The notes: generated from the letters alone by a model not told the origin. A stretch of DNA of 63,869 nt, filler included, from an uncultured Acidimicrobiia bacterium (GCA_964347285.1; 3 parts of 3 records of this genome joined end to end with filler, not necessarily neighbours in it), one strand, 5' to 3'. Positions 53,035-61,826 are shown, counted from the first letter of the whole stretch. Translations and numbers: made by a program.

Positions 53035-53046
53035 GCACCAGAGCCC

Positions 53047-53877
53047 TTACTCGCCCCCCGACGGGAGAGACGCCTCGTAGAGGGTGCGTCGGCTGAGGCC
53101 CGTCTCCCGGGCGACGCGCCGCACCGCTTCGGAATGTGGCATCCCCTCTGCAACATGACCGACGATCCGAGCCACGGCATCGTCGAGATCTGCCGGTAGA
53201 GGGCCGCCGCCGCCCACGACCACGGTGAACTCCCCGCGCTCGACCCGCCGGCCCCATCGCGCCGATGCCTTCGCCAGGGTGCCCCGCCACACCTCCTCGA
53301 AGGCCTTGGTGAGCTCACGGGCAATCGCCACCGGGCGGTCGCCGCCCAACGCATCGGTCAAATCGGCGAGGTCCCGGCCCAGCCGGCCTTTGGCGACGAA
53401 CAGCACGATCGTCTCATCCTGATGCGCCAGTGAGTCCAGCCTGCTGCGGCGCGCCGCCCCACTCTTGGGCAGGAATCCCTCGAAAAGAAACCGATGGGAC
53501 GGCAGGCCGGAAACGGCCAGGGCGGTGGTGACCGCACTGGGCCCGGGCACCGCAGTCACCGCAGCACCGACTTCCAGGGCGGCCCGGACGGCCGAGTACC
53601 CGGGATCGGCGATGCCGGGAACACCGGCGTCGGTGAGCAGGGCGACCGTGTCCCCGGCGGCCAGGCGCTCCTTGAGCTCCTCGGACCGATACTCCTCGTT
53701 ACCGGCGAAGTAAGAGCGCATCGGCCGCCTGGTCCCCAGCGCTTCGAGCAGCACCCGGCTCCGCCGGGTGTCCTCGGCAAACACCACGTCGGACTCTGCC
53801 AGGGCCCGGCGCAGCCGAGGCGAAGCATCGTCGAGGTTCCCTATCGGGCTCGAGCACAGGATGAGGCGGCCGGCCAC
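53047..53877 (-). CDS. rsmI: 16S rRNA C1402 2'-O-methyltransferase
   Basis: PIGNLDD, AEDTR, DAGVPGIADPG, ARELTK. Confidence 0.94.
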   Translation of the reverse strand: MAGRLILCSSPIGNLDDASPRLRRALAESDVVFAEDTRRSRVLLEALGTRRPMRSYFAGNEEYRSEELKERLAAGDTVALLTDAGVPGIADPGYSAVRAALEVGAAVTAVPGPSAVTTALAVSGLPSHRFLFEGFLPKSGAARRSRLDSLAHQDETIVLFVAKGRLGRDLADLTDALGGDRPVAIARELTKAFEEVWRGTLAKASARWGRRVERGEFTVVVGGGGPLPADLDDAVARIVGHVAEGMPHSEAVRRVARETGLSRRTLYEASLPSGGE

Positions 53878-54236
53878 GAGGCCACGATAGGCCGGGCCAC
53901 CAGCCGGACACCCTCCGCCGGAAGGGGATGCCCGGCGGGGAGCTCGAGCACCCAGTGGGCTCCGGGCACGACTACCCGTCGGCCGGGCGCCAGGACCCGG
54001 GTGGCGGTGACCCGACCCTGCCGGTCGAGCCCGACCATGCCCAGCGCTTCTCGCATTCCGAAGCCGTGGACGGATCGTGTCCGAATGAGCAATCCACCGC
54101 CCCGGGCCTCCGGTCGAAGGCCCGCCAACCTCTGCCACCGCCCCCGCGCCAGAAGCACCGGCGGAGACGACCAGCCGGGAGCGTCGAGCTGCAGCCAGAC
54201 CTGGTTCGATCGACGAGCTGTTACGATCCCCGGCAC
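53841..54236 (-). CDS. DUF192 family protein (start uncertain)
   Basis: RLAGL...SVHGFGMR...WVLELPAG pattern. Confidence 0.6.
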   Translation of the reverse strand: MPGIVTARRSNQVWLQLDAPGWSSPPVLLARGRWQRLAGLRPEARGGGLLIRTRSVHGFGMREALGMVGLDRQGRVTATRVLAPGRRVVVPGAHWVLELPAGHPLPAEGVRLVARPIVASWPAASSCARAR

Positions 54237-54237
54237 C

Positions 54238-54321
54238 GTGGCCAAGAAGACGCGCCGCAAGCTGCGCGCCCGACGCCGCAAGGCGAACCACGGCCGCCGT
54301 CCCAACGCCGGCCGCCGCTGA
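54238..54321 (+). CDS. 50S ribosomal protein bL37
   Basis: MAKKTRRKLRARRRKANHGRRPNAGRR carries the actinobacterial bL37 motif KANHG(K/R)RPNA; TGTTACGAT extended -10 upstream. Confidence 0.85.
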   Translation: MAKKTRRKLRARRRKANHGRRPNAGRR

Positions 54322-54392
54322 GGCGCGCCGCGCGCCTTCTCCATCACCCGAACAACGTACGCCGCCGCGCCGGCCCTCTCCAGGGGTAGCGG

Positions 54393-54854
54393 TCAGGGGC
54401 CTTCTTCTGGACCGCCCTCGCCGTCGTCACCGCCGAGACTGCGGAAGTCGTCGGATCCGGGGAAGGACAACCCCGCCTCCCGCATGGCGCTGAAGGCACC
54501 ATACGTAGTCATCAGGCCGGCGATGATCGCCAGGAAGAGCCCGAACTTCGTCAGACTGGTCTCGGTGATCCAGCGCAGGAGGATGAGAAGGGTCCCCAGG
54601 CCGGTCAGCAGCAGCGCAATCTGCTCGCTCTGGAGGGTCCCCGCTTCGAAGCTGCGGGTCCCGAAAGCCTTGAGGGCCAGCACCACTGCGCCGGCTATGG
54701 CGATGAGGCTCCCGCCCCAGGCCAGGAAGCCCGAGTCGAACGCGTTGATGTTGATGCCGAGCACCCCGTACCACGGCAGGAACAAGGTGATGACGAGCAC
54801 GGCGCCGCCGGCGATGCCCAGTCTGTGCCCCACGCCGAGCTTGTCCCAATCCAC
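54393..54854 (-). CDS. Hypothetical four-TM membrane protein
   Basis: FLPWY motif, four hydrophobic segments, GGGAGG ribosome-binding site. Confidence 0.75.
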   Translation of the reverse strand: MDWDKLGVGHRLGIAGGAVLVITLFLPWYGVLGININAFDSGFLAWGGSLIAIAGAVVLALKAFGTRSFEAGTLQSEQIALLLTGLGTLLILLRWITETSLTKFGLFLAIIAGLMTTYGAFSAMREAGLSFPGSDDFRSLGGDDGEGGPEEGP

Positions 54855-54915
54855 GTATGCCTCCCGAGAGTCGTCGAGGCGATTCTGCCACACGACCTGC
54901 GACACTCCTAGATTC

Positions 54916-56319
54916 TCAGGGCAGCTCGACGACGTCGGCCACTCGCCGCCCTTCGACGGCATCGGTGGCTGCCACGAAGACCACCTGTTCGCCGTCCCGA
55001 TCGACCGCCGCAAAGGTGTTCTCGCCCTCGAAGACGACGAGCCCGTCGACTTCACTGCCCTCTCCGCCTCCGATGGCCGCGGTGTAGCCCTCCAGAGCAG
55101 CGGCCAGCTCGGCGGCGTCCCGGTCGGTGTCGGCCCGGTAGCTGAGCACGAAGAGCACGTCGTCTTCGTCGAATAGCACCCGGTAGACATCTCCGCCCCA
55201 GCCGTCCCCCACCTGGGCGGCCAGGCCGGGATCCTCCACCTGCCCGAACATGAGTCGGAGGCTGAGCTCGCCCCACACCGACTCCTCGTAGAGGTCATAA
55301 CCGGGAACCTCGAAGGCAGCGAGTGTCACCGGCTCGGCGCCCTCTCCGTCGAAGTAGCGGGCCGGGTGAATGATCTGCTCGGTCGACGTGGGCGGCTGCT
55401 CGTATGCCTGGTTGACCGCCTCCACGCCGCCGGATTCGATCAGGCGCAGCACGAACTGGAATCCCTCCAAGTACGGGAACATGAGCGACTCCTGTAGGAA
55501 GTAGGGAGACGCACGGAACGCATCGGCATCGGTTCGATTGACCTCCAACGCCAGTTCCAGTCGCTCGGCGGTGGACAGCCGCTCGGCGGCGTAGAGGGCC
55601 TGGAAATAGGTGGCCTCTCCCTCCAGCAGGGCCTGATAGGCGGCCGCCTCGTCGTAGCGCTCTGCATCGAGCATCTCCCGCCAGATCGCGAAGTGGTCGA
55701 AATGCTGGTCGCTGAGGGCGTGAATCAGCTCATGCACGACGTTCGACTTGGAGAGCGGCGACAGCTCGGCGTCGTCGCTGGCCACCACCAGTTCGGCAGT
55801 GTCGCCGTCGTATTGGCCGACCACGACCTCACCCAACACGTCCTGATAGAGCTGCTTGAGGTCCACGCCCTGATCGAGCAAGCCGAGGAGCTGCAACAGG
55901 CGGGTTTCCACGTCGACGTCCTCAGGCGTCAGCTCCTCATCGATACGGTCCTGGACGCGCGCTTCCATCTCGGCCTTGGTCACCACGGTGACCTCGGGCG
56001 GCTCCAGGAAGCGCAGACCGCGGATGTCCTCGGCGACGGCGGCCAGTTCGGCGATCTCCGCTTCGAGAGCCTCGGCCACGTCCGGGTCGACGCGGCCGTC
56101 CTGGGCCTCCTCCCGGCCGTCCGTGGCCGCAGTCGTGGAGTCCGGCGTCGTGGTGCTGACCGACACGGTTGAGGTCGTGCCGGATGTGGAAGCCGGCGCA
56201 GGCAGGCTCGTCGGCGCCGGCGTGGTCTCTCCTCCGTTGGAGGTGCAGCCGGCGGCTACCAGCGCGATCAGCCCGGCGAGGACCAGAGCGCGTCGAGCGA
56301 CGGGAGGAGGTCGGTGCAC
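54916..56319 (-). CDS. Lipoprotein with zincin metallopeptidase-like motif
   Basis: Lipobox VAAGC, S/T-rich linker, VHELIHALSDQHF...LLEGEA, PPTSTEQIIHP. Confidence 0.75.
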   Translation of the reverse strand: MHRPPPVARRALVLAGLIALVAAGCTSNGGETTPAPTSLPAPASTSGTTSTVSVSTTTPDSTTAATDGREEAQDGRVDPDVAEALEAEIAELAAVAEDIRGLRFLEPPEVTVVTKAEMEARVQDRIDEELTPEDVDVETRLLQLLGLLDQGVDLKQLYQDVLGEVVVGQYDGDTAELVVASDDAELSPLSKSNVVHELIHALSDQHFDHFAIWREMLDAERYDEAAAYQALLEGEATYFQALYAAERLSTAERLELALEVNRTDADAFRASPYFLQESLMFPYLEGFQFVLRLIESGGVEAVNQAYEQPPTSTEQIIHPARYFDGEGAEPVTLAAFEVPGYDLYEESVWGELSLRLMFGQVEDPGLAAQVGDGWGGDVYRVLFDEDDVLFVLSYRADTDRDAAELAAALEGYTAAIGGGEGSEVDGLVVFEGENTFAAVDRDGEQVVFVAATDAVEGRRVADVVELP

Positions 56320-56406
56320 GGGGGCAGGGTACCCGGGGGGACGGAGTCAACCCGATCGCTCCATTGCGAACGTCCTCCGCGCCGGCCCAAGAACGCGCCG
56401 GAAATA

Positions 56407-56439
56407 GGTGAAGGGCCACGGAGTCCGTGACCCTTCACC
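56407..56439 (-). terminator. Intrinsic terminator after the repeat protein
   Basis: GGTGAAGGGTCACGGA-CT-CCGTGGCCCTTCACC hairpin followed by TATTT on the minus strand. Confidence 0.7.
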
Positions 56440-56452
56440 TCTCCGGCGGTCG

Positions 56453-56853
56453 CTAGTCGAGCGCCATCTCCACCTCGGCGAACTGGTTGGCCGGGGTATA
56501 CGTCGAGGGAGCGATCGACGCCTCGACGTCCGGCAGTGCCGCCTCGACCTCGAGGAACGGGTTGGCCGGGGTGTACGTCGAGGGGGCGACGGCCGGTGTG
56601 GCCAGCGCCATCTCGACCTCGGCGAACTGGTTGGCCGGGGTGTACGTCGAGGGGGCGATCGACGCCTCGACGTCCGGCAGTGCCGCCTCGACCTCGAGGA
56701 ACGGGTTGGCCGGGGTGTACGTCGAGGGGGCGACGGCCGGTGTGGCCAGCGCCATCTCGACCTCGGCGAACTGGTTGGCCGGGGTGTACGTCGAGGGGGC
56801 GATCGACGCCTCGACGTCCGGCAGTGCCGCCTCGACCTCGAGGAACGGGTTGG
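56453..56853 (-). CDS. C-terminal fragment of a tandem-repeat protein
   Basis: Open frame from the contig end to TAG; 48-aa unit ALATPAVAPSTYTPANPFLEVEAALPDVEASIAPSTYTPANQFAEVEM. Confidence 0.7.
56460..56853. repeat. 144-bp tandem repeat (alternating 75/69-bp subunits), about 2.7 copies visible
   Basis: Core TTGGCCGGGGT(G/A)TACGTCGAGGG recurs at 56487, 56562, 56631, 56706 and 56775. Confidence 0.93.
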
Positions 56854-56953
56854 NNNNNNNNNNNNNNNNNNNNNNNNNNNNNNNNNNNNNNNNNNNNTTA
56901 ATTAATTAANNNNNNNNNNNNNNNNNNNNNNNNNNNNNNNNNNNNNNNNNNNN
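56854..56953. other. Artificial contig linker
   Basis: 100 nt of N containing TTAATTAATTAA. Confidence 0.98.
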
Positions 56954-57336
56954 TCGAGGTCCTCGGGCCCGGGCGTCTTGGTCGTGACGAGCACGTTCTT
57001 GCGCACCTTGTCCTCGGTCCGCCCCAGGCCGGTCTCGGTGTGGGCCATACGGGCCAGCCGCTCCGCCTGCTCGAGCATGGATCGGCGGACGGCTTCGATG
57101 ATCGTGTGGCGCACCTCCAACCCTCGCTCATGGAAGGCCATGAAGGCCGTCCGGGCTGCCTCGACCGCCGAGTCGATGTCGGGGTAGATGCCGTCGCCCA
57201 ACTCGGCGTCGGCGGCCCTCTCCACCTCTTGGGCGGCCAGCAACTCCCGACCGGGCCGGGCGGCACCGGCCGTTGCCAGCCGGTCCCGGACCCGCTGGAT
57301 GATCGCCTGGATCTCCTCGTCGCTCAGAACGCTCAC
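56954..57336 (-). CDS. CoA-acylating aldehyde dehydrogenase (EutE/PduP-like), N-terminal part
   Basis: Encapsulation-peptide-like [28 protein letters not shown]...KTPGPEDL. Confidence 0.85.
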
Positions 57337-57620
57337 TTGGTGTACACCACGTTGCCGCCAACCTCCCACGTGTCGACGATGGCCATGACCACTGCGTCAC
57401 ACGGCCGATCCCGAGTCCGCTCGGTCTGCCGGGCCGAGCTGCCGGTGGCGTACATGACGAGCTCGCCCAAGCCGGCTCCGACGGCATCCGCGGCTACGAC
57501 GTAACCGCCGGTCTCGGAGCCGTCGACGTCGATCTGGCGGAGCACGAGGAACTTGAGGCCCTCCATGCTCTCTTCTTTACGACTGGCGACCAGCGTTCCG
57601 TCGACCCGTCCCAGCAACAT
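57333..57620 (-). CDS. BMC vertex protein (BMC-P, EutN/CcmL family)
   Basis: [39 protein letters not shown]. Confidence 0.93.
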   Translation of the reverse strand: MLLGRVDGTLVASRKEESMEGLKFLVLRQIDVDGSETGGYVVAADAVGAGLGELVMYATGSSARQTERTRDRPCDAVVMAIVDTWEVGGNVVYTK

Positions 57621-57656
57621 CGGGCATCCCTCCCCGGATCGGGGTGACCGGTCCCT

Positions 57657-57968
57657 CTACTGGGGCTCGCCCATCTCGGCCTGGGCCTGCTCGGCCCGAC
57701 CGAGCGGCAACACGAGATCGACGTTGACGTGCGGACGCGGAATGACGTGCGCCGCGACCAGTTCGCCGACCTTCTCGGCGCCGCGGACTCCGGCGTCGAC
57801 GGCGGCTTTCACAGCAGCGACGTCTCCGCGGACCACGGCCGTCACGTAGCCGCCCCCGGTCTCTTCGTAGCTGACCAGCTCCACCTTGGCGGCCTTCACC
57901 ATGGCGTCGGCCGCCTCCACCATCGCCGGGAAGCTGCGGGCCTCGATCATCCCAAGGGCTTCTGCCAC
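57657..57968 (-). CDS. BMC hexamer shell protein (BMC-H, PduA/EutM-like)
   Basis: [33 protein letters not shown]. Confidence 0.95.
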   Translation of the reverse strand: MAEALGMIEARSFPAMVEAADAMVKAAKVELVSYEETGGGYVTAVVRGDVAAVKAAVDAGVRGAEKVGELVAAHVIPRPHVNVDLVLPLGRAEQAQAEMGEPQ

Positions 57969-57987
57969 TGTCTCTCCTTTCCGGCGC

Positions 57988-58617
57988 TCAGGCCGATTCC
58001 GTTCGTCCTTCCAAACCTTCCACGGCAGCCACGGCGGCTTGCCAGCCGACGTCGATGTCGCGCTCTTCGCCTCCGAGGTAGACCCGACCCATCGAACCGA
58101 AAGCCCGCACCTCCAGGACGTTGATCTCGGCTGCCTTTTCGGCCTCGTTGGCGGCCAGCGCAGCATACGCCGCCGGCTCCAGCTCCAGCACATACAGGGT
58201 CTGGCCGGGGACGATCATCTGCCCGTGACGAGTACGGTTGATGAGCTGGGCCTGATGGCCGTCGATGCGTCGGATGATCTGGCTGCTCAGGATCTTGGGC
58301 TTGCGTCGATCGGTTTCCACGAGACCGATCGACTCCAGCACCGCCAGACCGGCCGCCCTGGTCTCGGCCTGCTCCGGGGAGTGCACTTCGAGCAGGCCGT
58401 AGTAGCGCTCTACGATCTGCATGCCCGGTTTGACCGTGGTCGACTTGACCGCGATATCGGTCAGGCGGTTGATCTCGATGCCGGGTGAGATCTCTACGTA
58501 CAGGGAGGCGTCTCCGGCCAGGGGGAGGAATCCCTGCGCGACCGTGCCCAGAAAGGCCGCGTATTGCGGTTGGAGTGAGTCCAGGAACACATAAGACCGC
58601 AGGTCAATATCGCTCAT
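57988..58617 (-). CDS. BMC tandem-domain shell protein (BMC-T, CcmP-like double-stacking type)
   Basis: [40 protein letters not shown]. Confidence 0.9.
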   Translation of the reverse strand: MSDIDLRSYVFLDSLQPQYAAFLGTVAQGFLPLAGDASLYVEISPGIEINRLTDIAVKSTTVKPGMQIVERYYGLLEVHSPEQAETRAAGLAVLESIGLVETDRRKPKILSSQIIRRIDGHQAQLINRTRHGQMIVPGQTLYVLELEPAAYAALAANEAEKAAEINVLEVRAFGSMGRVYLGGEERDIDVGWQAAVAAVEGLEGRTESA

Positions 58618-59464
58618 CGTTGCCTCCCTTGCCGGTGACGATCGCCACCCCGGCCGACGCTCCTATGCGGGTGGCCCCGGCCGCCACCATCTCCTCGAGA
58701 TCCTCGGCGGTGCGAATGCCCCCGGCGGCCTTCACCCCCAACTCGGGACCGACCGCCTCTCGCATCAAAGCGACGTCGTAGACGGTCGCCCCGCCCGGTC
58801 CGAAGCCGGTCGAGGTCTTGACGAAATCGGCCCTCCCCTCCTTCGCCAGACGAGCGGCAATCACCTTTTCTTCGTCGGTGAGCAAGGCCGTCTCGAGAAT
58901 CACCTTGTTGATGGCCCCGGCCTCGTGACAGGCATCGGATACCTTGGCCACGTCTTCTCGCACGAGGGGGTGGTCGCCGCTGCGGAGAGCACCGATGTTG
59001 ATCACCATGTCGATCTCGGAAGCTCCGTCGCGCAGGGCCCGGCGGGCCTCCATGGCCTTGATCTCGGGCGTCGAGGCCCCGAAGGGGAATCCCACCACCG
59101 AGGCCACCCGCACCCCGCTGCCCCGCACCCGCTCGGCGGCGCGCCGCACCCAGGTGGGGTTGACCACGACGGCCGCGAACCCGTGACGCACCGCCTCGTC
59201 GCACAAGCGGTCGATCTCGGCGGCATCGGCCTCGGGGCGAAGCAGGGTGTGGTCGATGAACCGGGCCAGATCTGCGGGGACGCCGTTGGCGCTGCCGTTG
59301 CGGCTGATACGAGACGCCCCCGAGGCGACGACCGTGCGCACCTTGTCCGAGCAGCCGATGACGCAGTCGGCGCCGCACTCCGAGCAGGTCGGGGCGGTCT
59401 CGCCCAACAGCGCAGCCAGCACCTGCTCGGTCACGGCCTCGATGATTTCGTCTCGGGTCGTCAT
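58604..59464 (-). CDS. deoC: Deoxyribose-phosphate aldolase with N-terminal encapsulation peptide and Cys-rich insert
   Basis: [41 protein letters not shown]. Confidence 0.93.
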   Translation of the reverse strand: MTTRDEIIEAVTEQVLAALLGETAPTCSECGADCVIGCSDKVRTVVASGASRISRNGSANGVPADLARFIDHTLLRPEADAAEIDRLCDEAVRHGFAAVVVNPTWVRRAAERVRGSGVRVASVVGFPFGASTPEIKAMEARRALRDGASEIDMVINIGALRSGDHPLVREDVAKVSDACHEAGAINKVILETALLTDEEKVIAARLAKEGRADFVKTSTGFGPGGATVYDVALMREAVGPELGVKAAGGIRTAEDLEEMVAAGATRIGASAGVAIVTGKGGNDERY

Positions 59465-60042
59465 CGCCCGCCATCTCTCAGGTAGCTCTGCTCGATCTCG
59501 GTGATCTTGGTCACCCGTCGAGCGTGGCGCCCTTCCGCCCAGGGTGTTGCCAACCAGGCCTGCACGATCTGCCACGCCAGGGTTTCGCCGATCAGACCGG
59601 CCCCAAGCGTGAGGACATTAGCGTGGTTGTGCTCCCGGCTATTGCGGGCCGACGATACGTCGTAGCAGAGGGCGGCCCGCACCCCGGGGACTTTGTTGGC
59701 CACCATCGCCGAGCCGATACCGGCCCCGTCGACGATGATCCCCGCCCCACATTCCCCATCGGCGACCTTGCGGGCCACGGCGTGGGCGAAGTCCGGGTAG
59801 TCGACCGACTCGGCACTGTCGGTGCCGCAATCGTGGACCTCATACCCCTGCTCGCGTAGCTTGAACGCCAGCCGTTCCTTGAGCGGGTAACCGCCGTGAT
59901 CTGCTCCCACGGCGAGGACTCGGGCCGGCGCTGCCCGGGGCCGGTCGTCGATCCGAGCCTGCTCCCGGGGCCGCTCTTCGGCCGGGACGAGCTCATCGAC
60001 GACCCTGCGTACGAGCTCCCGTACTTCGGTTGGTGTCGGCAT
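59461..60042 (-). CDS. rpiB: RpiB/LacAB-family sugar-phosphate isomerase with N-terminal encapsulation peptide
   Basis: GADHGG, DYPDFA, ANKVPGVRAA, REHNHANVL, GRHARRV. Confidence 0.9.
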   Translation of the reverse strand: MPTPTEVRELVRRVVDELVPAEERPREQARIDDRPRAAPARVLAVGADHGGYPLKERLAFKLREQGYEVHDCGTDSAESVDYPDFAHAVARKVADGECGAGIIVDGAGIGSAMVANKVPGVRAALCYDVSSARNSREHNHANVLTLGAGLIGETLAWQIVQAWLATPWAEGRHARRVTKITEIEQSYLRDGGR

Positions 60043-60082
60043 TCCTCCACCCGCCACCGCCTCGGGAGAATCCTAGGTAGCG

Positions 60083-60826
60083 ATGGGTTGGGTCGGCGGC
60101 TCCGCCGGGCCTGCGCCTATCCTGGCGCCGAACCGGGGAAGGAGCCTCGAGATCGAATCCAACCGCCCTCTCCCTTCTCAGGACAAGCCCCGGTCAGCAA
60201 CGGAGCCGGACGGGGTGCGCGCCGAGCTGGAGATCGGACTGCCCGGCACGGAAAGATGGATCACGCTGCGTCAGGCTGAAGCGATCACCGGGGTGGCCGT
60301 TTCGACGCTCCGCAACTGGGCCCGCAAGGGGAAGGTCGCTTCTCGAGTCGAAGAACGTAACGAGGGACCGCGTCGAATGGTCGATGTGGACGGCGTCGTG
60401 AAACGGGCCCAGGACCTGGGGCGATTGCTCCGACCCGGTCCCCCGCAACACCAGGTCCGCCCCCTCGAACCACGGCGCGCCCCCACCCAACCGGAAGCCC
60501 CCCCACCTCCCGAGGGGCACATGCTGGTGCCCCTCGAGGCCTGGGAGCGGATGTTGCTCCAGCTGGGCAACCTGCATGAAGCCGGCCAGCAGATGGCGGA
60601 AGCACGGGAACGGGCCGCCAAGGCAGAGACCGCGGCCGGGTTTCTGCGCGAGCGGCTCTCCGAACTGCGGGCCGAACGGGACCAGCTGCGTGAGCGAGTC
60701 GACGACCTGAGCCGGCCGGCCGCCCCCGAGCCGGCTCCGCCCCGCACGGCACCCCGGCAACGACCCCTCACTCCGGGGCTCGTCCGCCGCTTCTTCGCCC
60801 GTTGGACGAGTCGCCCCCGCTGGTGA
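60083..60826 (+). CDS. MerR/Xis-like HTH protein with coiled coil and C-terminal amphipathic helix
   Basis: ITLRQAEAITGVAVSTLRNWARKGKV HTH, heptad-rich segment, GLVRRFFARW tail. Start may be ATC 60152 or GTG 60215. Confidence 0.75.
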   Translation: MGWVGGSAGPAPILAPNRGRSLEIESNRPLPSQDKPRSATEPDGVRAELEIGLPGTERWITLRQAEAITGVAVSTLRNWARKGKVASRVEERNEGPRRMVDVDGVVKRAQDLGRLLRPGPPQHQVRPLEPRRAPTQPEAPPPPEGHMLVPLEAWERMLLQLGNLHEAGQQMAEARERAAKAETAAGFLRERLSELRAERDQLRERVDDLSRPAAPEPAPPRTAPRQRPLTPGLVRRFFARWTSRPRW

Positions 60827-61008
60827 GAGAGCCGAACCGAGCGCCGGCCTTCCCGGCGCTCGCAACCTGAATCCAATGGAGAATTCCGGGCCGGTCGGCT
60901 CCCGGCGTCGACCATCAGCCCATGCCACACGCCGCGAATCCCCCGCATGCGCGAGGGTCTCGGGTGGATTGCAGATGGCTCGGGCGGTGCCCTCCGCCGA
61001 TACTCGAG

Positions 61009-61239
61009 TTACCTCTCATCTGTTGTGCGGCCGCAGCAGAAGTAGGCAATCGGGCCGACGAAGTTGACCAGGGTCACGATCCGCCACAGCCACTTCGGGC
61101 CCCGGATCTGCTCCGCCGGCCGGTTCGCAATATCACGTTGGGCCATTGCCAGCAGGGTGAGCTGCACGACGGCGCCGACCACGATGAACGCTCGCTGCGT
61201 CGGGGTGAGATCCTTCCACTTCTTCGTTGAACGCTGCAT
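61009..61239 (-). CDS. Small membrane protein, PLDc N-terminal-like domain
   Basis: IRGPKWLW...VNFVGPIAYF pattern. Confidence 0.75.
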   Translation of the reverse strand: MQRSTKKWKDLTPTQRAFIVVGAVVQLTLLAMAQRDIANRPAEQIRGPKWLWRIVTLVNFVGPIAYFCCGRTTDER

Positions 61240-61497
61240 ACCGGCAGTACTCCTTGGTCGATTGCCCATCCTCGCACGGTCACGAATGCGGGCGGTAGAG
61301 CACAGGGACTCTCTCTTCTCGCCACCGTGTCGTCGGCGTTCAGGCAGGGGCTGATTCCCACGCCGCCGGTGGGGATGCGATTCATCCGGTCGCCGGGCGC
61401 CGGCGAGCAGGTCTCGGGCAGGGTGAGCATGCGAGGTGGCGGCGCGGGCGGCGAGGGCGCCGTCGACCTCGAGATGAGCAGCAACCCGGGCACCCCA

Positions 61498-61728
61498 TCA
61501 TTCTTCCCTGCCGGTTGGACCCTGGGGAAGCGGATCGACCGTTCCCGTTGGTGTCCTCCTCGACCCCATCCACACACTGTCGTCGAGTAGCCGTAGGGTC
61601 ATCTCCCGATCACCGAGGCATTCGGGTTCTTGCCGCCACTCGGCCTTGGCAGCGTTTATCCATTGGGGCCAGAGTGAGCCGTGTTCGCAGAGCCGGCTGT
61701 GATCCCGCCCGCTGATGATGTCAGTCAC
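61498..61728 (-). CDS. Small hypothetical protein
   Basis: 76-aa ORF with GAGGAG 7 nt upstream of GTG; no family recognised. Confidence 0.35.
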   Translation of the reverse strand: MTDIISGRDHSRLCEHGSLWPQWINAAKAEWRQEPECLGDREMTLRLLDDSVWMGSRRTPTGTVDPLPQGPTGREE

Positions 61729-61826
61729 CGTCGTGCTCCTCGACCTTTCACCAGCCGCACCGGCCGGGCCGGCTTCACCGCGCCGCGGTCCTCATGGGCG
61801 TAGCTGATGAAAACCGTTCCCGGCAT
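61725..61826 (-). pseudogene. Truncated TIR-domain gene stub
   Basis: MPGTVFISYAHEDRGAV matches the TIR beta-A motif; stops after 33 codons. Confidence 0.5.

Noticed and set aside
56460..56853. CRISPR-like look: 28-bp constant core with 41/47-bp intervals
   Set aside because: Intervals are only two alternating sequences, all periods are multiples of three with an open frame, and no cas genes are seen; it is a coding repeat.
61327..61590. 87-aa plus-strand ORF
   Set aside because: No recognisable motif or ribosome-binding site; cannot be supported.
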